Shown here: one piece after another, positions 38,782-51,186 of the stretch | How positions within the stretch are numbered: position 1 is the stretch's first letter | How the letters are laid out: the number at the start of each line of letters is the position of its first letter | Source: a virus | Lineage: Duplodnaviria; Heunggongvirae; Uroviricota; Caudoviricetes | Length of the DNA: 64,000 nucleotides | Reading direction: 5' to 3' (one strand) | Virus record (IMG/VR): IMGVR_UViG_2778261571_000004 | Notes under the pieces: model-generated | What the model saw: the letters and a program-made list of their open reading frames with translations, nothing else | Told to the model about the DNA's origin: nothing | The model's database searches: none | Program-made: the position numbers and the translations under genes

Positions 38782-39180
38782 TCAGTTCTCGAAATGAATA
38801 GGGTCAACGTAATGCCGCTCACCGCTTTTACCATTACACAGCACTGTAACTTTCGCCTTTTCACTCCAGGCTGAGTATAGAAAGTTCCCATCAGGTTGAA
38901 CATGGTAACGAGAGAAGTAAACATCGCCGACTGAGGCGTCGAACATGTTCCTATCTTTTTCACTTTGGGCAAGCGAGATGGATATCACCGAATTCCCATT
39001 TGGGGAAACGATTTTAAATTTATTCCCTATATCCATAACAATATTGTAACCAGGTAATTGCTTGTGTGTTTCCGGATCTATTTTCATGCATCGTGGGTAC
39101 ACGATAGTGTTAGGCTCTTCAACTGGCGTGGCATTAGCAGAAAGCACAAAAAATATTAGTGCCAATGGTGCATATTTCAT
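38782..39180 (-). CDS. Putative secreted protein
   Basis: 132 aa with N-terminal signal-peptide-like segment MKYAPLALIFFVLSANA. Confidence 0.4.
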   Translation of the reverse strand: MKYAPLALIFFVLSANATPVEEPNTIVYPRCMKIDPETHKQLPGYNIVMDIGNKFKIVSPNGNSVISISLAQSEKDRNMFDASVGDVYFSRYHVQPDGNFLYSAWSEKAKVTVLCNGKSGERHYVDPIHFEN

Positions 39181-39189
39181 TTATCCCTC

Positions 39190-39481
39190 ACAATTTCCAA
39201 TTTTCCAGACCATCGTCTATTTCAGCGTCAGGGTGGAATTGTACCGCATCAAATCCTACATCGAGCACCTTTCGAATGTTCTTGATGGTTTGCTATGTGA
39301 CACCGTAATCACGCAGCTTTTCTTCCCTCCCCTGACTCCCCCATACTCCGTTTCTGTACCCAATTGAGTCCGAGATCGTATGGTGCTCGAAACAGATATT
39401 TGGTAGACACTCAGAGTCATGCTGTGTAACGAGGGTAGGGCTACTAACTGTCGTCTTATACAATTTGGTGAGTTTCAGCAT
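39190..39481 (-). pseudogene. Possible frameshifted small gene
   Basis: 62-aa ORF 39293-39481 ends at a stop while a second frame continues plausibly (...IKNIRKVLDVGFDAVQFHPDAEIDDGLENWKL) to about 39190. Confidence 0.2.
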
Positions 39482-39723
39482 TTTACCACCCCGTTCGGAA
39501 ACAACTCATTCGCCGTAGTTGATATAACCTCCCAATTAACGCCGACATCAGCGTTATGGCATTGTCTGATTTTTTGCATCACCTGTACGCATTGTTCATC
39601 AGTGAGATCTGTCCTTACTTCAGCAATATCTTCTTTGTGCCACATAACCATGAGTAAGGGTTCGTCTTCTGGATAGTTTTTCAGTTTCTCGATGATTTCT
39701 TTTGCTGTTCCAAACATCTTCAT
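39475..39723 (-). CDS. Hypothetical small acidic protein
   Basis: 82 aa; AGGAG RBS and motif family 2 palindrome directly upstream. Confidence 0.35.
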   Translation of the reverse strand: MKMFGTAKEIIEKLKNYPEDEPLLMVMWHKEDIAEVRTDLTDEQCVQVMQKIRQCHNADVGVNWEVISTTANELFPNGVVKC

Positions 39724-39728
39724 CTCCT

Positions 39729-39746
39729 AAACAATTTGTTTTCTTA
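39729..39746. promoter_or_regulatory. Operator-like palindrome, motif family 2 (second copy at about 39774-39796)
   Basis: taaacaatttgttttctt and gaaaacaaattgtttta, within 100 nt of the metG terminator. Confidence 0.4.
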
Positions 39747-39830
39747 TATGGCTTATTATCTCAATCAACAAAAGGTAGAAAACAAATTGTTTTAGGGCTT
39801 GTGTAAATCAGGAGGGATTGTGTCTATATG

Positions 39831-39856
39831 AAAATGCCCAGCGTATTGCTGGGCAT
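39831..39856 (-). terminator. metG Rho-independent terminator
   Basis: aatgcccagcaatacgctgggcatttt on minus strand, 20 nt downstream of metG stop. Confidence 0.65.
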
Positions 39857-39876
39857 TGTGAAGAATGGTTGCTTAA

Positions 39877-41910
39877 TTACTTAACCTGGTGGCCAGGTTT
39901 AGCACCGACATCCGGGCTTAACAGGAAGATATCTTTCCCGCCAGGGCCAGCAGCCATCACCATGCCTTCGGAGATACCGAAGCGCATTTTACGCGGAGCC
40001 AGGTTAGCCACCATAATGGTGTGACGACCAATCAGTGCCTGTGGGTCTGGATAAGCAGAACGGATGCCTGAGAAGACATTGCGTTTTTCACCGCCGAGAT
40101 CCAGTGTCAGACGCAGCAGCTTGTCAGAACCTTCAACAAACTCTGCGTTTTCGATCAGCGCCACGCGCAGGTCAACTTTGGCGAAGTCGTCAAAGGTGAT
40201 GGTTTCCTGAATCGGGTCGTCAGCCAGTGGGCCAGTTACCGGTGCGGCTGTGGCTTTCACTTCTTCTTTGGATGCTTCCACCAGTGCTTCCACCTGTTTC
40301 ATATCGATACGGTTATACAGTGCCTTGAACGGATTCACTTTATGGCCCAGCAGCGGTTGCTGGATACCATCCCAGGTCAGTTCTGTATTCAGGAATGCTT
40401 CTGCACGTTCAGTCAGTTTCGGCAGTACCGGCTTCAGGTACGTCATCAGCACGCGGAACAGGTTAATGCCCATAGAGCAAATCGCCTGCAGATCGGCATC
40501 GCGTCCTTCCTGCTTCGCCACCACCCACGGAGCCTGTTCATCGACATAGCGGTTAGCCAGGTCAGCCAATGCCATGATTTCACGGATAGCTTTACCAAAT
40601 TCGCGGCTTTCCCATGCTTCGCCAATCACTTCAGCGGCATCAGTAAAGGTTTTGTACAGTTGCGGGTCAGCCAGTTCGTTTGCCAGCACGCCGTCAAAAC
40701 GCTTGTTGATAAAGCCTGCATTACGGGAGGCCAGGTTAACCACTTTGTTCACGATATCGGCATTCACGCGCTGAACGAAATCCTCCAGGTTGAGATCGAT
40801 ATCATCAATGCGCGAAGAGAGTTTCGCAGTGTAGTAGTAACGCAGGCTGTCAGCGTCAAAATGATTCAGCCAGGTGCTGGCTTTAATAAAGGTGCCGCGA
40901 GACTTGGACATCTTCGCGCCGTTCACCGTCACATAGCCATGAACAAACAGGTTGGTCGGCTTGCGGAAGTTGCTGCCTTCCAGCATGGCAGGCCAGAACA
41001 GGCTGTGGAAGTAAACGATATCTTTACCGATGAAGTGGTACAGCTCGGCGGTGGAGTCTTTCTTCCAGTATTCATCGAAGCTGGTGGTATCGCCGCGCTT
41101 GTCGCACAGATTCTTGAAGGAACCCATGTAGCCAATCGGCGCGTCCAGCCAGACGTAGAAATATTTGCCCGGCGCGTCCGGAATTTCAAAACCGAAGTAA
41201 GGCGCATCGCGGGAGATATCCCACTGTTGCAGGCCAGATTCAAACCACTCCTGCATTTTGTTTGCCACCTGCTCCTGCAACGCGCCGCTGCGGGTCCATG
41301 CCTGCAACATTTCGCTGAAAGAAGGCAGATCAAAGAAGAAGTGTTCGGAATCACGCATTACCGGGGTAGCGCCAGAAACCACCGATTTCGGCTCGATCAA
41401 TTCAGTCGGGCTATATGTTGCGCCGCAGACTTCACAGTTATCGCCGTATTGATCTGGCGCTTTACATTTCGGGCAGGTGCCTTTTACAAAACGATCCGGC
41501 AGGAACATGCCTTTTTCCGGGTCGTACAACTGAGAGATAGTGCGGTTTTTAATAAAACCGTTCTCTTTCAGGCGAGTATAGATAAGCTCAGACAACTGAC
41601 GGTTCTCTTCGCTGTGCGTCGAGTGATAGTTGTCATAGCTGATGTTAAAGCCTGCGAAATCAGTCTGGTGTTCCTGACTCATTTCGCCAATCATCTGTTC
41701 CGGTGTGATACCAAGCTGCTGTGCTTTCAGCATGATCGGCGTACCGTGGGCATCGTCGGCACAGATGAAATTAACCTCGTGGCCGCGCATTCGCTGGTAA
41801 CGAACCCAGACATCAGCCTGGATGTGCTCCAGCATATGGCCGAGGTGGATTGAGCCGTTAGCGTACGGCAGCGCGCACGTCACCAGAATTTTCTTCGCGA
41901 CTTGGGTCAT
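39877..41910 (-). CDS. metG: Methionine--tRNA ligase
   Basis: 677 aa from [31 protein letters not shown]; HIGH (HLGH) and KMSKS motifs, zinc knuckle CPKC...CEVC, C-terminal tRNA-binding domain; ORF track start at 42039 is an upstream in-frame extension. Confidence 0.95.
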   Translation of the reverse strand: MTQVAKKILVTCALPYANGSIHLGHMLEHIQADVWVRYQRMRGHEVNFICADDAHGTPIMLKAQQLGITPEQMIGEMSQEHQTDFAGFNISYDNYHSTHSEENRQLSELIYTRLKENGFIKNRTISQLYDPEKGMFLPDRFVKGTCPKCKAPDQYGDNCEVCGATYSPTELIEPKSVVSGATPVMRDSEHFFFDLPSFSEMLQAWTRSGALQEQVANKMQEWFESGLQQWDISRDAPYFGFEIPDAPGKYFYVWLDAPIGYMGSFKNLCDKRGDTTSFDEYWKKDSTAELYHFIGKDIVYFHSLFWPAMLEGSNFRKPTNLFVHGYVTVNGAKMSKSRGTFIKASTWLNHFDADSLRYYYTAKLSSRIDDIDLNLEDFVQRVNADIVNKVVNLASRNAGFINKRFDGVLANELADPQLYKTFTDAAEVIGEAWESREFGKAIREIMALADLANRYVDEQAPWVVAKQEGRDADLQAICSMGINLFRVLMTYLKPVLPKLTERAEAFLNTELTWDGIQQPLLGHKVNPFKALYNRIDMKQVEALVEASKEEVKATAAPVTGPLADDPIQETITFDDFAKVDLRVALIENAEFVEGSDKLLRLTLDLGGEKRNVFSGIRSAYPDPQALIGRHTIMVANLAPRKMRFGISEGMVMAAGPGGKDIFLLSPDVGAKPGHQVK

Positions 41911-42067
41911 AGTAGGCATTACTTCTTTGTAGTGAAAAGGGGCTTGATAGTAACAAAATGGCCTTATGTCTGCCATGTGATAACAGCATTTCTCATAAAT
42001 GATTAAATGTCGTAGCTGGAGTACACTACAAGGCGACAATTGCGCAAATTAAAATAAAGGAGACGGG

Positions 42068-43168
42068 ATGAGCGAGTCCAAATCGCCGGATGCCCTGAGA
42101 GCAATGGTAGCCGGTACGCTGGCTAATTTTCAGCACCCAACCCTGAAACACAACCTGACTACGCTTAAAGCGTTACACCATGTTGCGTTGATGGATGACA
42201 CACTGCATGTCGAACTAATCATGCCTTTCGTGTGGAATAAGCCTTTTGAAGACCTGAAAGAGCAATGTAGTGGTGATCTGCTCCGTATCACTGGCGCAAA
42301 GGCTATCGACTGGAAGCTGTCGTACAACATTGCCACGCTTAAGCGCGTCAAAAACCAACCAGGCATTAATGGCGTTAAGAACATTATCGCCGTCAGCTCA
42401 GGCAAGGGCGGTGTAGGCAAATCGTCCACAGCAGTAAACTTGGCACTGGCGTTGGCTGCTGAAGGTGCGAAAGTTGGTATTTTGGATGCCGATATCTACG
42501 GTCCATCAATTCCAACCATGCTGGGTGCGGAAAACCAACGTCCAACCTCACCGGACGGCACTCACATGGCACCTATCATGTCTCATGGCCTGGCAACCAA
42601 CTCAATTGGTTATCTGGTCACTGACGACAACGCGATGGTGTGGCGTGGCCCGATGGCGAGCAAGGCGTTGATGCAAATGTTGCAAGAAACCTTATGGCCG
42701 GATCTGGATTATCTGGTGCTCGACATGCCGCCAGGCACCGGTGACATTCAATTGACACTGGCGCAAAACATTCCTGTAACTGGTGCGGTTGTGGTAACTA
42801 CGCCGCAAGACATCGCGCTGATCGATGCGAAGAAAGGCATTGTGATGTTCGAAAAAGTCGAAGTGCCGGTACTAGGTATCGTCGAAAACATGAGTGTGCA
42901 TATTTGCAGTAACTGCGGTCATCACGAGCCAATTTTTGGCACCGGTGGCGCACAGAAACTGGCCGAGAAATACAACACGCAGTTGTTAGGCCAAATGCCA
43001 CTTCATATCTCTCTTCGTGAAGATCTGGATAACGGAACACCAACCGTTATTAGTCGTCCAGATAGCGAATTTACGGCTATTTATCGTGACCTCGCAGATC
43101 GCGTTGCTGCCCAAATGTATTGGCAAGGTGAAGTAATACCTGGCGAAATCGCATTCCGCGCAGTGTGA
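42068..43168 (+). CDS. apbC: Fe-S cluster carrier ATPase ApbC/Mrp
   Basis: Deviant Walker A GKGGVGKSS, CxxC motif (CSNCGHHE), divergent from metG with 157-bp spacer as in enterobacterial chromosomes. Confidence 0.95.
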   Translation: MSESKSPDALRAMVAGTLANFQHPTLKHNLTTLKALHHVALMDDTLHVELIMPFVWNKPFEDLKEQCSGDLLRITGAKAIDWKLSYNIATLKRVKNQPGINGVKNIIAVSSGKGGVGKSSTAVNLALALAAEGAKVGILDADIYGPSIPTMLGAENQRPTSPDGTHMAPIMSHGLATNSIGYLVTDDNAMVWRGPMASKALMQMLQETLWPDLDYLVLDMPPGTGDIQLTLAQNIPVTGAVVVTTPQDIALIDAKKGIVMFEKVEVPVLGIVENMSVHICSNCGHHEPIFGTGGAQKLAEKYNTQLLGQMPLHISLREDLDNGTPTVISRPDSEFTAIYRDLADRVAAQMYWQGEVIPGEIAFRAV

Positions 43169-43170
43169 TA

Positions 43171-43197
43171 AAAAGGCGGTGCAATGCACCGCCTAAT
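43171..43197. terminator. Bidirectional terminator between convergent apbC and umuD-like gene
   Basis: aaaaggcggtgcaatgcaccgcct hairpin. Confidence 0.55.
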
Positions 43198-43205
43198 CAG
43201 CTCTC

Positions 43206-43595
43206 CTACATCACGGGACAATCATCAAACTCGCCACTTCTTGCGTCGTTGATAATGTGAGTGATCACACCAAACACGGCATTGCTGCCCGTGCATCCAT
43301 CGTCATCCTTTGGCAATGCTTCCTTCTTACCGGTTCTTAAATCCTCCAGATGCTGACGTGGGTACTTCCGGTATCTTTTTACGCGATATTCCCCATCCAG
43401 AGCGCATACAAGCAGAGAACCATCAACCGGGGTAAGTGAGGAATCGACCACCAGCAATGCACCCTGTAATATTCCCTCACGATGATGACTATCAGCTGCC
43501 CTCATGAAGTAGGTCGCTGAAGGATGTCTAATTATCTGCTGATCAAGAGAAATACGGCTCTCAGCATAATCCGCCGCAGGAGAAGGGAAGCCCAT
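43206..43595 (-). CDS. humD: UmuD'-like S24 peptidase-fold protein (HumD-like, no UmuC partner in window)
   Basis: 129 aa beginning GFPSPAADY, the position where UmuD is cleaved to UmuD'; Ser (ADSH) and Lys (RVKR) equivalents retained; GAGG RBS. Confidence 0.75.
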   Translation of the reverse strand: MGFPSPAADYAESRISLDQQIIRHPSATYFMRAADSHHREGILQGALLVVDSSLTPVDGSLLVCALDGEYRVKRYRKYPRQHLEDLRTGKKEALPKDDDGCTGSNAVFGVITHIINDARSGEFDDCPVM

Positions 43596-43613
43596 AGCGT
43601 TTTCACCTCAGAA

Positions 43614-43633
43614 TACTGTTTATCCATACAGTA
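43614..43633. promoter_or_regulatory. LexA (SOS) box in promoter of umuD-like gene
   Basis: tactgtttatccatacagta matches CTGT-N8-ACAG consensus, about 20-40 nt upstream of start. Confidence 0.7.
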
Positions 43634-43759
43634 TACATTAAAGATGCTTGAAGTGTGCAATAGCGCGATGCTTTGCGCTCGCCTGGTGGTGCGTTATTTT
43701 TTGGCTATATCTTCTTTCTGATATACCGGATCGTTTCCTTTTGGCAGCAGGAGGCTTAA

Positions 43760-43957
43760 CTACCGGTAGTGCCGTAGCCGTTCCATGAAATAGGTGCGCA
43801 GGTTCTCAGGTTGCTCACGGGCTACCTGTTCCGCTATGACGGGTATGTTCAATCGCTCTTTGTAGGCAACCCCCCTGGCAGCCAGGTCAACGTTAACTTT
43901 ATTCCTTTCTTCCTGGCTTTTAGCTGCTATGTTCCATTCGTTCATATTAAATCCCAT
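43760..43957 (-). CDS. Hypothetical small protein upstream of umuD-like gene
   Basis: 65 aa ORF, same strand, separated from humD-like gene by LexA box region. Confidence 0.3.
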   Translation of the reverse strand: MGFNMNEWNIAAKSQEERNKVNVDLAARGVAYKERLNIPVIAEQVAREQPENLRTYFMERLRHYR

Positions 43958-44413
43958 CCAGAATAATTGAATAACGGCTATTATTTAGTCGCCGCAATAT
44001 CTTCAAAGTTTTTTTTCTCACCCCATTGCTTTTTGCGCACAGCTTATCTGGCTTGCGGTGCGCGAAATGTAAATTCGCCTTCAGAGTTATCCACAAAGTT
44101 ATGCACTTGCAACGGGGCCATTTTCCTCATACCGTGTTTGCACACACAGGAAATGGATATTTTATTAATTGAATTTTATTAAATAATAATGATAAGGAGA
44201 AAATTTGAGATGTAATCATGACATTAATAGATAGGGCCTGCATTACAGGCCCCAACTACATCAAGGAATTCACAGTTCCCTGATTTTTATACCGAAAACA
44301 TGTGCCGTAAGTTCACGTTAACGACTTTCTTTCACCGAATCCAACTATATAGAGGTTGGGTTTCTACGTCAACGTGAGAGCACGCAGCTTTACATTAGAC
44401 GAGGATTACCCTG

Positions 44414-44551
44414 ATGATTGTATTTTTTCAGTTTCTAAGTGCATTTTTAAATGCGCCTGTTCTTAGCCAAGTGCTGGCGATTGTCTTCATCGTGGTTCTG
44501 ATATGGTTTTTCAAGTCAGTGATAAACAGAGGCGTGCGCTGGCTTATTTAA
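44414..44551 (+). CDS. Putative small hydrophobic peptide (45 aa)
   Basis: Own translation MIVFFQFLSAFLNAPVLSQVLAIVFIVVLIWFFKSVINRGVRWLI; below ORF-track length cutoff; nested inverted repeats upstream. Confidence 0.25.
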   Translation: MIVFFQFLSAFLNAPVLSQVLAIVFIVVLIWFFKSVINRGVRWLI

Positions 44552-44734
44552 TGTCGCGATGAGATATTAATTCCCTTGCTGTTTAACCATTTTTTGTGTG
44601 TGCTGGTGAGCGTGTGAAGGCTCAATTTGTTGCCCACCAGTATTTACTATTTCTAAGCTCCACAGTGTCACTTCCGCACAAACAACTTAGCGCGGAATCA
44701 GTATTCGGCCCAAGATGTAAAAAGCCAACCTGCG

Positions 44735-44959
44735 TTATGGTTCGCATTTCCAAATAGTGTTCTGAACGCCCTTGCCGGGCGCGAGATGTAGATTAGCGTT
44801 CACGCTATGCTGATATACGGCTTTAGACTTTCCATATTGCTGACAGGCTTTATCTGCGGTTTTTTGCAGGCTATCCAGCCCATACCAGCCATCAGACTGG
44901 ATGCTTACCTTTTCACCGTCATTGTATTGCACCATCGCGCACCCAAACATGGCTATCAT
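44735..44959 (-). CDS. Hypothetical small protein
   Basis: 74 aa ORF immediately upstream of hsdM on opposite strand. Confidence 0.25.
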   Translation of the reverse strand: MIAMFGCAMVQYNDGEKVSIQSDGWYGLDSLQKTADKACQQYGKSKAVYQHSVNANLHLAPGKGVQNTIWKCEP

Positions 44960-45083
44960 CGCACCGACAATACCACTTTTCCAAAAAGCTCTAATTAGGT
45001 CATTCGTTACCTAATGTCCGAACTGCTAAAGCATCCAAGTTGCTGTAGAATCACCGCCAATTACATAAGCCTGAAATAAGTGG

Positions 45084-46642
45084 ATGAAAATGACAAGTAT
45101 TCAACAACGTGCAGAGCTTCATCGTCAAATCTGGCAAATTGCTAACGATGTCAGGGGTTCGGTCGATGGATGGGATTTTAAGCAATACGTTCTGGGCGCA
45201 CTTTTCTACCGTTTTATCAGCGAAAATTTTTCCAGTTATATTGAAGCCGGTGATGACAGTATCTGTTATGCGAAACTGGATGACAGCGTAATTACTGATG
45301 ACATTAAAGACGATGCCATCAAAACTAAAGGCTACTTCATCTACCCCAGTCAGCTTTTCTGCAACGTAGCTGCGAAAGCAAATACTAATGACAGACTGAA
45401 TGCAGATTTAAACAGCATCTTCGTTGCTATCGAAAGTTCTGCTTACGGTTATCCTTCAGAAGCAGACATCAAAGGTTTGTTTGCTGATTTCGATACCACC
45501 AGTAACCGCCTGGGTAACACCGTTAAAGATAAAAATGCCCGCCTGGCTGCGGTTCTGAAAGGGGTTGAAGGGTTAAAACTTGGTGACTTCAACGAACATC
45601 AGATTGACCTGTTCGGTGATGCCTATGAGTTCCTGATTTCTAACTATGCGGCAAATGCCGGTAAGTCAGGCGGTGAGTTCTTTACACCGCAGCACGTCTC
45701 CAGGCTGATTGCACAACTGGCAATGCATGGCCAGACCCACGTTAACAAAATCTACGACCCGGCAGCGGGTTCCGGCTCACTGTTGTTGCAGGCGAAAAAA
45801 CAGTTTGATAACCACATCATCGAAGAAGGCTTTTTCGGTCAGGAAATCAACCATACGACCTATAACCTGGCGCGTATGAACATGTTTTTGCACAATATCA
45901 ACTACGACAAGTTTGATATCAAGCTGGGTAATACACTGACTGAGCCGCACTTCAGAGATGAAAAACCGTTTGACGCCATCGTATCTAACCCACCGTATTC
46001 GGTGAAATGGATTGGCAGCGATGACCCGACGCTGATTAACGATGAGCGTTTTGCCCCGGCTGGCGTTCTGGCCCCCAAATCCAAAGCTGACTTTGCGTTT
46101 GTATTACATGCACTGAACTATCTTTCTGCCAAAGGTCGTGCTGCGATTGTCTGCTTCCCGGGTATTTTTTACCGTGGCGGCGCGGAGCAGAAAATCCGTC
46201 AGTATCTGGTCGATAATAACTATGTCGAAACCGTGATTTCACTGGCACCGAACCTGTTCTTTGGCACCACCATTGCAGTAAACATTCTGGTGCTGTCTAA
46301 ACATAAAACGGATACCAACGTTCAGTTTATTGACGCCAGCGAACTGTTCAAAAAAGAGACTAACAACAATATCCTGACCGATGCCCATATCGAACAGATT
46401 ATGCAGGTATTTGCCAGCAAGGAAGATGTTGCTCATCTGGCGAAATCTGTCACGTTTGAGACCGTTGTCGCGAATGACTATAACCTGTCGGTAAGCAGCT
46501 ATGTGGAAGCGAAAGATACTCGCGAAATTATCGATATCGCTGAGTTGAATGCAGAACTGAAAACCACGGTCAGCAAAATCGACCAGTTGCGTAAAGATAT
46601 TGATGCGATTGTGGCTGAAATTGAAGGCTGCGAGGTGCAGAA

Positions 46643-46646
<4 letters not shown>
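45084..46646 (+). CDS. hsdM: Type I restriction-modification methyltransferase subunit (type IC, EcoR124-like)
   Basis: 520 aa; SAM-binding and NPPY (NPPYSVKW) N6-adenine methylase motifs; N-terminus matches remembered EcoR124I HsdM. Confidence 0.9.
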
Positions 46647-47890
<1,244 letters not shown>

Positions 47891-48011
47891 TTGACCATTG
47901 CTACCGACCGGGCCACCTTAACACCCGGTCTGTATATAGACTATTTTTTACGCGCCGGAAGTCACTCTTAACGCCCTTCCGGCCCTTGCCAGGCGGCACA
48001 AAGGATGCGCT

Positions 48012-51000
48012 ATGACTCATCAAACACACACCATTGCTGAATCCAATAACTTTATCGTCCTTGATAAGTACATCAAAGCTGAGCAAACAAGCGACAGCTA
48101 CCAGAGCGAATCGGACCTGGAACGTGAACTGATTCAGGACCTGCGGAATCAGGGTTATGAATTTATTTCCGTAAAATCACAGTCGGCAATGCTGTCCAAT
48201 GTTCGGGAACAGCTTCAGAGCCTCAATGGTGTGATGTTTAATGACAGCGAGTGGCGGCGCTTCACGGAGCAGTATCTGGACAATCCCAGCGATGGTATTC
48301 TGGATAAGACCCGTAAAATCCATATCGACTATATCTGCGACTTTATTTTTGACGACGGGCGTCTTGAGAACATCTATCTGATCGATAAAAAGAATCTCAT
48401 GCGCAACAAAGTGCAGATTATCCAGCAGTTTGAACAGGCAGGTTCTCATGCTAACCGTTATGACGTCACGATCCTGGTTAATGGCTTGCCTCTGGTGCAA
48501 ATCGAACTGAAAAAGCGCGGCGTGGCGATTCGTGAGGCTTTCAACCAGATACATCGTTACAGTAAAGAGAGTTTTAACAGCGAAAACTCCCTGTTTAAGT
48601 ATCTGCAACTGTTTGTCATTTCTAACGGCACCGATACCCGTTATTTTGCCAACACAACAAAGCGCGATAAAAACAGTTTTGATTTCACCATGAACTGGGC
48701 GAAATCAGACAACACGCTGATTAAAGACCTCAAAGACTTTACCGCTACCTTTTTCCAGAAACATACTCTGCTGAATGTTCTGGTGAACTACAGCGTGTTT
48801 GACAGTAGTCAGACGCTACTGGTGATGCGACCGTACCAGATTGCCGCCACCGAGCGCATTCTGTGGAAAATTAAGAGCTCCTTTACAGCGAAGAACTGGT
48901 CAAAACCGGAAAGCGGTGGGTATATCTGGCACACTACCGGTTCTGGTAAAACCCTTACCAGCTTTAAAGCCGCGCGTCTGGCAACAGAGCTGGACTTTAT
49001 TGATAAAGTCTTCTTTGTGGTCGACAGAAAAGACCTCGATTACCAGACCATGAAGGAATATCAGCGTTTTTCGCCAGACAGCGTCAACGGCTCGGAAAAT
49101 ACCGCAGGCCTTAAACGAAATCTGGATAAGGACGATAACAAAATTATCGTCACTACTATTCAGAAACTCAATAACCTGATGAAAGCAGAAAGCGACCTGC
49201 CTGTATATAATCAGCAAGTGGTGTTCATATTTGATGAATGCCACCGCAGCCAGTTTGGAGAAGCGCAGAAAAACCTGAAGAAGAAATTCAAACGCTATTA
49301 TCAGTTTGGTTTTACCGGCACCCCTATTTTCCCGGAAAACGCCTTAGGCTCAGAAACAACCGCCAGCGTATTTGGTCGTGAATTGCATTCGTATGTAATT
49401 ACCGATGCGATTCGTGACGAAAAAGTGCTCAAATTCAAGGTGGACTACAACGATGTGCGGCCACAGTTTAAGTCTTTAGAGACAGAAACTGACGAGAAAA
49501 AACTAAGTGCGGCTGAAAATCAGCAGGCGTTTCTTCATCCCATGCGTATTCAGGAAATCACGCAATATATTCTGAATAATTTCCGCCAGAAAACTCACCG
49601 TACCTTCCCTGGCTCAAAAGGTTTTAATGCTATGTTGGCAGTGAGCAGCGTGGATGCCGCGAAAGCCTATTATGCGACGTTTAAACGGTTACAAGAAGAA
49701 GCCGCTAATAAATCGGCTACCTATAAACCGCTGCGTATTGCGACAATCTTCTCCTTTGCCGCTAATGAAGAACAAAATGCCATTGGTGAAATTTCCGATG
49801 AAACTTTTGATACCAGCGCAATGGACAGCAGTGCTAAAGAGTTTCTGGACGCTGCAATTCGTGAATATAACAGCCATTTTAAAACTAACTTTAGCACCGA
49901 CAGTAACGGTTTTCAGAACTACTATCGTGATTTAGCCCAGCGGGTTAAAAATCAGGATATCGATCTGTTAATTGTCGTTGGGATGTTTTTAACCGGCTTC
50001 GACGCTCCAACATTGAACACGCTATTCGTCGATAAAAACTTGCGTTTTCACGGCCTGATGCAGGCATTTTCCCGCACCAACCGTATTTATGATGCAACTA
50101 AAACCTTCGGTAATATCGTCACTTTCCGGGATCTGGAACGCTCAACCATCGATGCCATAACGCTGTTTGGTGACAAAAACACCAAAAATGTAGTGTTAGA
50201 AAAGAGTTATGCAGAGTATATGGAAGGCTTTACTGATGCTGCTACAGGTGAAGCTAAACGCGGCTTTATGGCAGTAGTTTCAGAACTGGAACAACGGTTC
50301 CCTGACCCTGCCAGTATTGAAAGTGAAAAAGAGAAGAAAGACTTCGTTAAACTGTTTGGCGAATACCTGCGTGCCGAGAACATCCTGCAAAACTATGATG
50401 AATTTGCCACGCTGAAAGCCCTGCAACAAATCGATCTTAGCGATCCTGTTGCGGTAGAAAAATTCAAAGAAGAACATTATGTGGATGATGAAAAGTTCGC
50501 TGAATTGCAAACGATTCGTCTCCCTGCTGAACGCAAGATTCAGGATTATCGTTCTGCCTATAACGATATTCGTGACTGGCAGCGCCGCGAGAAAGAAGCT
50601 GATAAAAAAGAAAAATCAACCACTGACTGGGATGACGTGGTTTTTGAGGTCGATTTGCTGAAGTCTCAGGAAATAAACCTGGATTATATCCTTGGACTGA
50701 TTTTCGAACACAACAGACAAAATAAAGGCAAGGGCGAAATGATCGAAGAGGTCAAACGCTTAATTCGTTCAAGCCTGGGGAACCGGGCGAAAGAGGGCCT
50801 GGTGGTCGATTTTATTCAGCAAACGAACCTGGATGATTTACCAGACAAAGCCAGCATCATTGACGCGTTCTTTACCTTTGCTCAACACGAACAGCTACGT
50901 GAAGCAGAAGCGTTGATTAAAGAAGAAAATCTCAATGAAGAGGCGGCGAAACGCTATATTCGCACGTCTTTAAAACGCGAATACGCCACCGAAAATGGCA

Positions 51001-51128
51001 CAGAATTAAACGAGACATTACCAAAACTTAGTCCGTTAAACCCGCAATATAAAACGAAAAAACAGACGGTTTTCCAGAAAATCGTCACGTTTATTGAAAA
51101 GTTCAAAGGAGTAGGTGGGCAGATATAG
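48012..51128 (+). CDS. hsdR: Type I restriction endonuclease subunit
   Basis: 1038 aa; SF2 helicase motifs (TGSGKT, DECHRS) and N-terminal nuclease region; length equals EcoR124I HsdR. Confidence 0.9.
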   Translation: MTHQTHTIAESNNFIVLDKYIKAEQTSDSYQSESDLERELIQDLRNQGYEFISVKSQSAMLSNVREQLQSLNGVMFNDSEWRRFTEQYLDNPSDGILDKTRKIHIDYICDFIFDDGRLENIYLIDKKNLMRNKVQIIQQFEQAGSHANRYDVTILVNGLPLVQIELKKRGVAIREAFNQIHRYSKESFNSENSLFKYLQLFVISNGTDTRYFANTTKRDKNSFDFTMNWAKSDNTLIKDLKDFTATFFQKHTLLNVLVNYSVFDSSQTLLVMRPYQIAATERILWKIKSSFTAKNWSKPESGGYIWHTTGSGKTLTSFKAARLATELDFIDKVFFVVDRKDLDYQTMKEYQRFSPDSVNGSENTAGLKRNLDKDDNKIIVTTIQKLNNLMKAESDLPVYNQQVVFIFDECHRSQFGEAQKNLKKKFKRYYQFGFTGTPIFPENALGSETTASVFGRELHSYVITDAIRDEKVLKFKVDYNDVRPQFKSLETETDEKKLSAAENQQAFLHPMRIQEITQYILNNFRQKTHRTFPGSKGFNAMLAVSSVDAAKAYYATFKRLQEEAANKSATYKPLRIATIFSFAANEEQNAIGEISDETFDTSAMDSSAKEFLDAAIREYNSHFKTNFSTDSNGFQNYYRDLAQRVKNQDIDLLIVVGMFLTGFDAPTLNTLFVDKNLRFHGLMQAFSRTNRIYDATKTFGNIVTFRDLERSTIDAITLFGDKNTKNVVLEKSYAEYMEGFTDAATGEAKRGFMAVVSELEQRFPDPASIESEKEKKDFVKLFGEYLRAENILQNYDEFATLKALQQIDLSDPVAVEKFKEEHYVDDEKFAELQTIRLPAERKIQDYRSAYNDIRDWQRREKEADKKEKSTTDWDDVVFEVDLLKSQEINLDYILGLIFEHNRQNKGKGEMIEEVKRLIRSSLGNRAKEGLVVDFIQQTNLDDLPDKASIIDAFFTFAQHEQLREAEALIKEENLNEEAAKRYIRTSLKREYATENGTELNETLPKLSPLNPQYKTKKQTVFQKIVTFIEKFKGVGGQI

Positions 51129-51186
51129 TGTATTAATCTGAACCAGATCTGGCAGATATCTGTGCAAATTGCAGATAGCTGTCAGA

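Noticed and set aside
40250-41853. Plus-strand 503-aa ORF 40342-41853 and neighbours
   Set aside because: Antisense to metG, which is identified with very high confidence; product has no protein-like features
43760-43957. 65-aa ORF as Phd-type antitoxin next to the umuD-like gene (as in phage P1 humD-phd-doc)
   Set aside because: Sequence shows no resemblance to Phd as I remember it and no doc-like gene follows
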